Source of the DNA: a virus | Length of the DNA: 38,390 bases | Strand: one strand, 5' to 3' | IMG/VR virus record: IMGVR_UViG_3300045988_008627 | Part shown: positions 1 through 6,354 of the stretch, piece by piece | How positions within the stretch are numbered: the first letter of the stretch is position 1 | Layout of the letters: the number at the start of each line of letters is the position of its first letter | The notes under the pieces: generated by a model | The model's database searches: none | The model's input: the letters and a program-made list of their open reading frames with translations, nothing else | What the model was told of the DNA's origin: nothing | Program-made: the position numbers and the translations under genes

Positions 1-163
1 CGATTTCCTTTTCTGTCATGGCGTGCCCTCCATTGCCTTCCCCCACGCGGCCAGTTGGGCGCGGATGGCTGCGCAGAGCCCGCACGATTTCCTTTTCTGT
101 CATGGCGTGCCCTCCATTGCCTTCCCCCACGCGGCCAGTTGGGCGCGGATGGCTGCGCAGAGC
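1..163. repeat. Perfect tandem duplication with an 84-bp period (1-79 = 85-163); it continues across the window ends (38308-38314 = 78-84)
   Basis: Direct reading: nt 1-79 are identical to 85-163. The unit contains the stop codon of the DUF3102 gene and the ATG of the DUF551 gene (ATGA overlap). 84 nt is 28 codons, so the duplication is in frame. Confidence 0.9.
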
Positions 164-1137
164 TTTCCGACCTTGTCCTCGTCCTCGATGCGGCTGACAG
201 CCTGCGTCAGTTGGTTGAATGCCGCCTGCCACTGGCTGAAATGCAGCTGCGCGGCCGTCACGTCCTTGTCGGACATGGCAAGCTTTCTGCGCAGATCCTC
301 GACCTCTCTGCTCAGGCGCTCCTTTTCCGCGTCCGAAGAGGCGGTTTCCGCCATTGCCTTTGCCGCTGCCAGCTGCTGCTTCAGTCCCTCCGCCACCTTG
401 CGGACGCGCTCGATCTCCTGCTCGGTCTTTGTGGTCTGCTTCCGCCATTCGTCGGTTTTCTTGCGCAGCTCCGTTTCCGCCTGCGCCCGGACCTTGGCCT
501 CTGCGTCCCGGATCGCCTGCTCGTCGCGCTGGACAGCGACCTCAACGGGCCGGTTCTTGAGCGCCTCAAGCTCGTCCGCCATGCGGCAGGCCTCGTCCTT
601 CGCGGCGTTCAGCTCATCCTCCATGCCGCGCAGCTTCTCATAGGCCGCCTCGGCCTCTTTTTTCGCGTTCTCGGCGCGGAGGGAATCGCTGTTTGCCTGC
701 CGCAGGGCGCTTTCGCGCTCCTGCCGGGCGGCGTCCCGCTCCTTGATCGCTTTTTCCAGTTCCCGGGCGGAAAGATTCTCCGCATCGACTGCTTCGGCAA
801 ATTCCTCGCGCTCGTCTTCCGGCACGGCCAGAAGCCGCAAAGTATTGGAAATACTCAAATTTTGCAACGTTGACGAATTTGGTTCAGCTCCAAAAATGCC
901 GATCTGGGCCGCGCCGTACTCCTCGAAAATGCGCATCAGGCGCGATGCCTTGGTCTGTGAGAACTCCGTGTTTTTCTTGATCCAGTCTGCCCATCCTCCG
1001 TGCGGCACCATTTCCTTTGCCGCCGCCAGTCTCCGTCCGATCTCTATGGCGTAATACACCGTCATAGCCTTCGCCTGCCGGGTCAGCTCCCGAATTTCTC
1101 CTCCGAGCCGCTCCGGCGTTACTGTCAAATTGCTCAT
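100..1137 (-). CDS. DUF3102-family protein with a long C-terminal coiled-coil region
   Basis: ORF 100..1470 trimmed to ATG 1137 (GGAGG 7 nt upstream; ATGA overlap with the upstream stop). N-terminus MSNLTVTPERLGGEIRELTRQAKAMTVYYAIEIGRRLAAAKEMVPHGGWADWIKKNTEFSQ fits the DUF3102 pattern. The rest is E/A/K/R-rich and helical. Confidence 0.75.
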   Translation of the reverse strand: MSNLTVTPERLGGEIRELTRQAKAMTVYYAIEIGRRLAAAKEMVPHGGWADWIKKNTEFSQTKASRLMRIFEEYGAAQIGIFGAEPNSSTLQNLSISNTLRLLAVPEDEREEFAEAVDAENLSARELEKAIKERDAARQERESALRQANSDSLRAENAKKEAEAAYEKLRGMEDELNAAKDEACRMADELEALKNRPVEVAVQRDEQAIRDAEAKVRAQAETELRKKTDEWRKQTTKTEQEIERVRKVAEGLKQQLAAAKAMAETASSDAEKERLSREVEDLRRKLAMSDKDVTAAQLHFSQWQAAFNQLTQAVSRIEDEDKVGKLCAAIRAQLAAWGKAMEGTP

Positions 1138-2837
1138 GCTACTGCCTCCGTTTTCTGTTTCTTTCCGGCGATCTTCATCCGCCGGATGTGTTCGAGCCAT
1201 CTTTCTACAAATTTCTGCACTTCCTTTGTCGGCGCACAGTTCCGCAGACCGTGATTCTGAAGCTCTTTCACTGTTTTCAGTTCCACCTGCAGCGTGTACC
1301 ACGGCTTGTCCGGCGCGTCCGCGCGGCGGATGAAGAAAATGCAGCTTTCTCCGCGCGCCACGGTCGCGCCGTAGGTTCCGACGCAGTGGTGAAGGGCACT
1401 GCCCTCGTCGGCCAGCTCTTCCTCTGTGCGGACAGGCCGGATGCAGATCCCAGCGTCCTCCCAGGCCCACGCCTCCAGAGGCGCGACGACCTTCTCAAAT
1501 GCCGGGCGGCGCTTTTCGATCTTGGCCTGCTTCCTGCGCTTTTCTTCCTCATTCCGCGCGATCCGCTCCGCCTCCACGAGCCGGTCGTGCTCGCGCTTGA
1601 GGCTTTTCGGGAGCTGGACGTGCTCATCCCGCAGGTCAAGCCCGGCGCGGCGGGCCATACTCCAGTAGTCTAGCAGCGTTGTGATGTCGGACTTTTGCCG
1701 TTCCAGATACCGCAGGCAGCGCATGACGGTCAGCCGGCCGCGCCAGAGCTGCATGCTTTTTCCGCCCACGGCGTCCGGCAGCAGTGCCTTTTCGCTGCAC
1801 AGCTTGTTCAGCTCGTAGATCTGCAGTTTTTTCAGCAGGTTCCAGTCCTCCGGCAGCTTTACCGGCTCAAACGCCCGCACCATCTTGTATTTCGCAAGAT
1901 CGTCCTGCGTCCATTTCTCCCGGACGCAGAACGCAAATTCCTGCTTGTCGAGGCCCAGCATCCGGGCCGGGCGCTTCTGTTTCCAGTCGATCCATTCCAG
2001 TTTCGCGCTGTGCCCGCCGCAGTAGTCCCAGCTCTTCGTATCCCGCGTGATCGCCTTTGCGACCATGCCCCCGCAGCCCTGCACGATCAGATTCTCGATG
2101 TTCCGGTGCTTCTGCCAGAGGCGCAGATACGCGACGGGCCGCGCCTCGTCCCCGGCCGCTTTCAGGTACTGCGGCAGAGCGGCGTTCTCAATGGTCGTGC
2201 CGGAGAGATCTTCCGGCTTGCGGAACCAGTTTTCATCCAGCGTCTTGCCCCATCTATCGTCGCAGCGCTTCACCTGCCGCCAGCGGTCAAAATAACGGAT
2301 CGTGTTCATGAATTTCTGATTGCCTGTCAGCCGGACGGCCTTTTTCTGCTCAAATACATACGCCTCATACGGCCACATCCGGTATTCCTTCTTCGCGTCC
2401 TTGCCAATGTTCCGCTCTGCGCGCCAGCCCAGCAGGACGAATTTCTCTCCCAGCTGCCACGGTTCGCAGAAATAGACGTTGTCGTCGATCCCGGCCCTCG
2501 ACAGCTGCCCGATGTGCTTTGCCCGAAGCTCCGCGCCGCACTGCGGACAGCGGAATTTGTCTTCCGGGCCGATCTGCATGATGCCTTCCACGAAGCCGAA
2601 CGGCGCCCAGCCTTTGCCGCAGTCTGCGCCTTTGACTTTTTCTGCGATCCAGCTGTCGCCGCAGGCCGTGCAGGTCACGGAGACTGCGTTTTCGCGCATG
2701 CCGGTAAGCGGATCGCGGTAATATGTATCCCGGTAGATCGCGTATTCGGACTTGAATTTCGTCCGGATGCACCAGTCCAGCGCACCCTCGGACGGCTGCC
2801 TCGGCAGCCGCTCCTCATAATCGATCTGTTCGCTCAT
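1134..2837 (-). CDS. PcfJ-like domain protein (567 aa) with N-terminal zinc-ribbon motifs
   Basis: ORF 1134..2990 trimmed to ATG 2837 (ATGA overlap with the upstream stop). C-terminus EGSALHHCVGTYGATVARGESCIFFIRRADAPDKPWYTLQVELKTVKELQNHGLRNCAPTKEVQKFVERW matches the PcfJ-like signature as I recall it. N-terminal part has CTACG...CPQCG cysteine pairs. Confidence 0.7.
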   Translation of the reverse strand: MSEQIDYEERLPRQPSEGALDWCIRTKFKSEYAIYRDTYYRDPLTGMRENAVSVTCTACGDSWIAEKVKGADCGKGWAPFGFVEGIMQIGPEDKFRCPQCGAELRAKHIGQLSRAGIDDNVYFCEPWQLGEKFVLLGWRAERNIGKDAKKEYRMWPYEAYVFEQKKAVRLTGNQKFMNTIRYFDRWRQVKRCDDRWGKTLDENWFRKPEDLSGTTIENAALPQYLKAAGDEARPVAYLRLWQKHRNIENLIVQGCGGMVAKAITRDTKSWDYCGGHSAKLEWIDWKQKRPARMLGLDKQEFAFCVREKWTQDDLAKYKMVRAFEPVKLPEDWNLLKKLQIYELNKLCSEKALLPDAVGGKSMQLWRGRLTVMRCLRYLERQKSDITTLLDYWSMARRAGLDLRDEHVQLPKSLKREHDRLVEAERIARNEEEKRRKQAKIEKRRPAFEKVVAPLEAWAWEDAGICIRPVRTEEELADEGSALHHCVGTYGATVARGESCIFFIRRADAPDKPWYTLQVELKTVKELQNHGLRNCAPTKEVQKFVERWLEHIRRMKIAGKKQKTEAVA

Positions 2838-3187
2838 CCGAAGAAATCCTCCAGATTCACGATGTTTCCGGCCGGTGCAGGAGGTGCGGCGGGCTCCGGC
2901 TTCGGCGCGGCCGTCTGCTCCGGCAGACCGAAGTATTTGCGGATGATCTTCTCGGCCTCCTGGCCGGTGCAGCAGCTGCCGTTTTTGCACGCGAACGCCC
3001 GGATATTGGCCTCGCAGGCCTTGAGGCTCATGCCGCCGTGCTTCAGATCGTCCAGCACCAGCTTTGCCGCCGCCTCATCCGGCGCGATCATCTCCAACAA
3101 CTGCTCGCCGCACATCCACACCGGGCCGCGCGGCCCCTGTTGCTTGCGGATGATCTCCGTTACCTCTTGCAAATATGGATTTTTCAT
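2834..3187 (-). CDS. PcfK-like small protein; possible AcrIIA9-family anti-CRISPR homologue
   Basis: 117 aa, ATG 3187 with AAGGAGAG upstream. It lies directly upstream of and overlaps the PcfJ-like gene, the same pairing as pcfK-pcfJ. Motifs NPYLQEV near the N-terminus and TGQEAEKIIRKYFGL near the C-terminus resemble PcfK/AcrIIA9-family sequences from memory. Confidence 0.5.
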   Translation of the reverse strand: MKNPYLQEVTEIIRKQQGPRGPVWMCGEQLLEMIAPDEAAAKLVLDDLKHGGMSLKACEANIRAFACKNGSCCTGQEAEKIIRKYFGLPEQTAAPKPEPAAPPAPAGNIVNLEDFFG

Positions 3188-3237
3188 GGTATACTCTCCT
3201 TGTACTTAACTTGTTACGGGGAAGTTTAGGCTTCTCT

Positions 3238-3276
3238 GCCCTCGTCCGGCTGGAACCGGTCGAGGGCATTTTTTAT
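3238..3276 (+). terminator. Intrinsic-terminator-like hairpin oriented for the plus (antisense) strand
   Basis: GCCCTCGTCCGG (3238-3249) pairs with CCGGTCGAGGGC (3256-3267) with one mismatch and a 6-nt loop, followed by ATTTTTTAT on the plus strand only. Confidence 0.5.
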
Positions 3277-3530
3277 CCGAACATCCTGTCCGGCTGATAG
3301 CCGAGCTTGGCTACACTTGCCGTCTGGTGGTATTCCGGCCGCTTGAAGCTGTATCCCCAGCGCTTGGCCGCCCAGAAAAGGGCCGCCGTTTCATCCGCCG
3401 CGTGTACCGTCAGCTGGCGCCCTGCGTAATCCACCACGAAATAGTGCTTGCCGGAATATCCCGGCTGCTCGACGATGTCCGCGCGCTTCGCGGGCCGCTC
3501 ACCCGGATAGCTGATACTATTTTGCTGCAT
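3273..3530 (-). CDS. Hypothetical early protein (85 aa)
   Basis: ORF with ATG at 3530, same strand as its neighbours and overlapping the upstream gene. No family recognised. Confidence 0.6.
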   Translation of the reverse strand: MQQNSISYPGERPAKRADIVEQPGYSGKHYFVVDYAGRQLTVHAADETAALFWAAKRWGYSFKRPEYHQTASVAKLGYQPDRMFG

Positions 3531-3765
3531 AGGTCTTGCCCCTCCTGTCTTTGTTTGCCGCCCGCTCGATCTGCCGGATGGCGGCTATGTCCGGCTCCAG
3601 GCTGAGCTTGGCCCGGTGGTTGATGTCGTAGATGTGGTTCCGGATGCTCTCATAGAGCGTCCAGCTGCAGCAGCGTGCGCTGCATCCCGGTTCCCGGCCG
3701 GGGCAGTCCTTCCCGCACGGCGACGGGATCTGCCGCAGGCGCGGCGCGTAGATCTGCGCCGTCAT
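3517..3765 (-). CDS. Hypothetical Cys-rich early protein (82 aa)
   Basis: ATGA overlap with the upstream stop at 3762-3765. Contains CGKDCPGREPGCSARCC, a possible metal-binding motif. Confidence 0.6.
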   Translation of the reverse strand: MTAQIYAPRLRQIPSPCGKDCPGREPGCSARCCSWTLYESIRNHIYDINHRAKLSLEPDIAAIRQIERAANKDRRGKTYAAK

Positions 3766-3980
3766 AGCGCTTCATCCTGCACGCACAGGAGCCAGTACGC
3801 CAGCTTTTGCAGCCGCGTCTCCTGTTTGAGCAGTTCGTCGGTTGTCTCATGATCGACGCGCGGCATTTCGCACAGGAGCGCCCGATCATTCTTGAGATCG
3901 TCCGCGTAGGCGTTCACCGCCTCGATCACGTCCGCCAGCTGGTCAGGGCGGAAGTCGATCGTGATCTTTTGCTCCGTCAC
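3762..3980 (-). CDS. Hypothetical early protein (72 aa), GTG start
   Basis: GTG 3980 overlaps the upstream TGA (GTGA). The coherent part of ORF 3762..4103 begins VTEQKITIDFRPDQLADVIEAV. Confidence 0.5.
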   Translation of the reverse strand: MTEQKITIDFRPDQLADVIEAVNAYADDLKNDRALLCEMPRVDHETTDELLKQETRLQKLAYWLLCVQDEAL

Positions 3981-4225
3981 AGCCAGATCCCCGTCAAAAA
4001 CGTCGTCAGCGACACGCCGCCGAGGACGGCGGCGATCTCCGCCGCGTGGGCGCACCCCGCAATGATGCACAGCGCGAACGCCACGCCCGACAGCCAGCAG
4101 CACCCAAGCCGCGCCAGCCGCCGCATGGCCTTGCGCGTCTGGTATGCCTCCCGGAGCCGCGCCTGCCGCTCCTCGGTCGATTCCTCCGGCTCATACCCGA
4201 GCCGCTCTGCAAGATTCGTTCTCAT
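3977..4225 (-). CDS. Small membrane protein (82 aa, about 2 TM segments)
   Basis: ATG 4225 in ATGA overlap with the upstream stop. C-terminal half LGCCWLSGVAFALCIIAGCAHAAEIAAVLGGVSLTTFLTGIWL is hydrophobic. Confidence 0.6.
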   Translation of the reverse strand: MRTNLAERLGYEPEESTEERQARLREAYQTRKAMRRLARLGCCWLSGVAFALCIIAGCAHAAEIAAVLGGVSLTTFLTGIWL

Positions 4226-4467
4226 TCTGCGTCCTCCTTCGTATCCGGCATCCGTTCTGCCGATTTCACCAGCGCCAGAAGTCGCTTGTATTTCTTCACC
4301 TTTTCCCGGTCGCACTTTGCGAGGTGCGCAGCCCGTTCGGTCATTTCCTCGTTCTCAAATTTGGCTGCGGCGAGCGCTTCGGCCTCATTGTGGGTCGCGA
4401 TCACAAGCAGCTCCAGCGTGTGCTTCAGCTCAAACCAATCGTCTCCGCTGAGAATCAGTTTCCGCAT
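4222..4467 (-). CDS. Small early protein, paralogue 3 of a tandem triplet (81 aa)
   Basis: ATG 4467 preceded by AAGGAGGATAAGCGGA. It shares the W-x-x-L-K motif (DWFELKH vs QWVNLKF) and the C-terminal ALVKSAE..P(D/E)TKED with the gene upstream. Confidence 0.65.
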   Translation of the reverse strand: MRKLILSGDDWFELKHTLELLVIATHNEAEALAAAKFENEEMTERAAHLAKCDREKVKKYKRLLALVKSAERMPDTKEDAE

Positions 4468-4714
4468 TCCGCTTATCCTCCTTTGTCTCCGGCACAAATT
4501 CCGCCGATTTTACCAGCGCCTCCATGCGTTCACACATTTCGGCCTCTTTTCTGTAGCTTTCCGCGAGATATACAGCAGGCGGCCTTCTTTCTCCGGTTGC
4601 CGTTGCAGCGCGTCTTTCATGCTCGGTCGCCGCAAGGTTGGCTCTGATCGACGCCATTTCCACCACAAATTTCAAGTTGACCCATTGCTCAGCTGTAAGC
4701 ATCAGCTTAACCAC
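4430..4714 (-). CDS. Small early protein, paralogue 2 (94 aa), GTG start
   Basis: GTG 4714 preceded by the same AAGGAGGATAAGCGGA cassette as paralogue 3. C-terminus is EALVKSAEFVPETKEDKR. Confidence 0.6.
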   Translation of the reverse strand: MVKLMLTAEQWVNLKFVVEMASIRANLAATEHERRAATATGERRPPAVYLAESYRKEAEMCERMEALVKSAEFVPETKEDKRNAETDSQRRRLV

Positions 4715-4928
4715 TCCGCTTATCCTCCTTCGCTTCCTGCATCCGCCTGACGAGCCGCGCCAGACGGGCGTTTTGTGTAATGAGCTTCTGCGCGTCCATG
4801 TCCATCCCCTTGCGCTTCAGCCCGCCGATGATCTGCGCCGCCTGGCACTCGCAGACCAGCACCGCCTCGATCAGATCATGCAGCTCCTGCGCATCCAGCG
4901 TCAGGGTGTATGTACGGGCATTTGCCAT
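4707..4928 (-). CDS. Small early protein, paralogue 1 (73 aa)
   Basis: ATG 4928 with GAAGGAGG upstream. The C-terminus LARLVRRMQEAKEDKRSG resembles the ends of the two downstream genes. Confidence 0.6.
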   Translation of the reverse strand: MANARTYTLTLDAQELHDLIEAVLVCECQAAQIIGGLKRKGMDMDAQKLITQNARLARLVRRMQEAKEDKRSG

Positions 4929-4930
4929 GG

Positions 4931-5164
4931 TTAATAGCCTCCTTCGTGTTCCAGCAGCCAGTTTTTCAGCTGCACCTGCGCAACCGCGAAGCACAGCTCC
5001 GCGTCGCAGTCCTGGACGTTGACAAGTTCTTCGTCGTCCCCGTCGTAGGCGGTTCCCCTCCGCCACACCCGGACACCCCAGTCCGTCACCTTGCTATAGG
5101 TGATCTCAAGGTGCATTGGGTATGTCCGCACCTTCTCGGCAAAAAACTTGAGGAAATCATCCAT
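4931..5164 (-). CDS. Hypothetical early protein (77 aa)
   Basis: ORF 4931..5224 trimmed to ATG 5164 (MDDFLKFFAEKVRTYPMHLEITY), which overlaps the upstream gene end by 8 nt. Confidence 0.55.
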   Translation of the reverse strand: MDDFLKFFAEKVRTYPMHLEITYSKVTDWGVRVWRRGTAYDGDDEELVNVQDCDAELCFAVAQVQLKNWLLEHEGGY

Positions 5165-5333
5165 TCTTCTTCGTCTCCTCCTGTTCCTGTTCCCGGCGGT
5201 ATCGTTCCGCCGCCCAGCGGGCAAAGGCGTCGATCACGGGTTCGCCGTTTTCTTCGCCGGGATGCTTAAATTCAAAAGTTTCGCCGGGGAGAAATCTCCC
5301 GTCCGGCCCCCGTTTCCCAAAAACGGCGATCAT
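5157..5333 (-). CDS. Hypothetical early protein (58 aa)
   Basis: ORF 5157..5390 trimmed to ATG 5333 (MIAVFGKRGPDGRFLPGETFEF), just downstream of the previous stop. Confidence 0.5.
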   Translation of the reverse strand: MIAVFGKRGPDGRFLPGETFEFKHPGEENGEPVIDAFARWAAERYRREQEQEETKKNG

Positions 5334-5337
5334 GGTC

Positions 5338-5484
5338 TCACGCCTCCTTCCGCTCCTCCTGCTTGCCTTCCTTCGCCAGCGCCATGCCATAGGCGATATC
5401 GCTCAGGCGCTGCATCTGCGCGGGCGTCAGCTTTTCGGTACTCTTGTTCAGGCTCTCGATGGCCTGCTTTTCCTTCTCGGACAT
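5338..5484 (-). CDS. First early gene (48 aa), not HTH-like
   Basis: ATG 5484 with GAGGTGAG upstream. It is the first ORF downstream of the minus-strand early promoter. Sequence: MSEKEKQAIESLNKSTEKLTPAQMQRLSDIAYGMALAKEGKQEERKEA. Confidence 0.55.
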   Translation of the reverse strand: MSEKEKQAIESLNKSTEKLTPAQMQRLSDIAYGMALAKEGKQEERKEA

Positions 5485-5537
5485 TTGTCTCACCTCACAT
5501 TTTTGTAAGTGTGTTATCAATTTCTTAAGCTGCTTAC

Positions 5538-5566
5538 ATCATACACTAAGCTAATTAACTTGTCAA
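5538..5566 (-). promoter_or_regulatory. Early (lytic) promoter
   Basis: On the minus strand: TTGACA (5566-5561), a 17-nt spacer, then TATGAT (5543-5538). It points into the early operon. Confidence 0.7.
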
Positions 5567-5597
5567 GCCCTATTTTTTAATTAACTTAATATTTTTC

Positions 5598-5626
5598 TTG
5601 ACTTTTGGTTGTCTGTGTGTTAAGCT
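5598..5626 (+). promoter_or_regulatory. Repressor (maintenance) promoter, extended -10 type
   Basis: TTGACT (5598-5603), a 17-nt spacer ending in TGT, then TAAGCT (5621-5626). It lies upstream of the AAAGGAGGG site and ATG 5649. Confidence 0.55.
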
Positions 5627-5648
5627 GGTTACATAAAGGAGGGATTCA

Positions 5649-6023
5649 ATGCAAACTTTTCAGGATCGGCTTCGCTCCCTGATTGATACGCTCGGCATTA
5701 CAAAAACAAAATTTGCCGAAGATCTGCACGTTTCGTCCGCATTTGTTTCCATGCTCTGTTCTGGCAAGTCTCAGCCAAGCGACCGCACGATAGCGGATAT
5801 TTGCCGGAAATATAATGTGAGCGAGACGTGGCTCCGCACCGGCGAGGGCGAAATGCGGCAGAAGCTGACACGGAATCAGGAGATTGCGGAGTTTATGGGC
5901 GTCGTGATGCACGATCCCGACGACGCGCCGCGCAAGCGGTTCGTATCGATCATCAGCAAACTCAGCGCCGACGAGTGGCGGCTGCTGGCTGAGATCGCAA
6001 AAAAAATGGCCGAGGACGAATAA
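5649..6023 (+). CDS. XRE-family HTH repressor (CI-like, 124 aa), no peptidase domain
   Basis: LRSLIDTLGITKTKFAEDLHVSSAFVSMLCSGKSQPSDRTIADICRKYNVSETWLRTGEGEM is a typical phage-repressor HTH. The gene is divergent from the early operon. The C-terminal 55 aa are too short for an S24 autocleavage domain. Confidence 0.8.
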   Translation: MQTFQDRLRSLIDTLGITKTKFAEDLHVSSAFVSMLCSGKSQPSDRTIADICRKYNVSETWLRTGEGEMRQKLTRNQEIAEFMGVVMHDPDDAPRKRFVSIISKLSADEWRLLAEIAKKMAEDE

Positions 6024-6044
6024 CCGTCCCCGGCCTATTTTTTA
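6008..6044. terminator. Bidirectional intrinsic terminator
   Basis: GGCCGAGGACG (6008-6018) pairs with CGTCCCCGGCC (6025-6035) at 10 of 11 positions. It is followed by TATTTTTTA on the plus strand and preceded by A8 (T8 on the minus strand). Confidence 0.7.
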
Positions 6045-6053
6045 TTCCCGCGC

Positions 6054-6176
6054 CTATGTGATCAGCGTCCGCATAAAGCGCCAGATCAGATCCAGATCCG
6101 CATCTGTGGCCAGCCGCAGCAGGCGTTTGATCTCTTTCAGCAGCAAATTCCGTTCCATTTCCATAAGTGCCTCCAT
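6054..6176 (-). CDS. Micro-ORF (40 aa from ATG 6176; 36 aa from ATG 6164, which has GGAGG 5 nt upstream)
   Basis: My own translation of the minus strand: MEALMEMERNLLLKEIKRLLRLATDADLDLIWRFMRTLIT, stop TAG at 6054-6056. It is below the ORF-track size cut-off. It sits between a LexA-box promoter and the bidirectional terminator. Confidence 0.45.
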   Translation of the reverse strand: MEALMEMERNLLLKEIKRLLRLATDADLDLIWRFMRTLIT

Positions 6177-6279
6177 TCTTCCACAAAAATCTCTTCTATT
6201 TTTTGTTTACTATTGCCGTTGAGGTTTTCTTCCATTTGATTTACAATTTAGATAAGATGTTCCTTTTCATCGCACGATT

Positions 6280-6308
6280 ATCATAGAACATCTGTTCTAA
6301 AATTACAA
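6280..6308 (-). promoter_or_regulatory. Sigma-A-type promoter whose spacer contains the LexA box
   Basis: On the minus strand: TTGTAA (6308-6303), the 17-nt spacer TTTTAGAACAGATGTTC, then TATGAT (6285-6280). Confidence 0.55.
6285..6298. promoter_or_regulatory. Candidate LexA (Cheo/SOS) box
   Basis: AGAACATCTGTTCT has the GAAC-N4-GTTC core of the Gram-positive LexA/DinR consensus CGAACnnnnGTTCG. Confidence 0.6.
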
Positions 6309-6354
6309 TTATGAGATTTTACAAAACTATCTTATAATAATTGGAGGTTTTGCC

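Larger units (their letters stand above)
5524..5634. promoter_or_regulatory. Operator-like repeats in the lysis-lysogeny switch region
   Basis: TTAAGCTGCTTACAT (5525-5539) and TTAAGCTGGTTACAT (5620-5634) differ at 1 of 15 positions. A degenerate third copy CTAAGCTAATTAAC lies at about 5546-5559. The copies overlap or abut the two divergent promoters. Confidence 0.55.

Noticed and set aside
100-1470. The full 456-aa version of ORF 100..1470, and similar 5'-extended versions of 1134..2990, 27517..28887, 10475..11305, 24989..25411 and 14565..15071
   Set aside because: The extensions overlap the preceding genes and are Arg/Gly-rich nonsense. In each case an internal ATG with a GGAGG-type SD or an ATGA/GTGA stop-start overlap gives a product that begins at the recognisable family N-terminus.
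6298-6338. Plus-strand promoter for gene 6355 using TAAAAT (6298-6303) or TATAAT (6333-6338), which would make the LexA box regulate the membrane-protein operon
   Set aside because: Neither hexamer has an acceptable -35 at 16-18 nt. TATAAT at 6333 would place the transcription start inside the Shine-Dalgarno sequence. The minus-strand promoter fits the box far better, though plus-strand regulation is not formally excluded.
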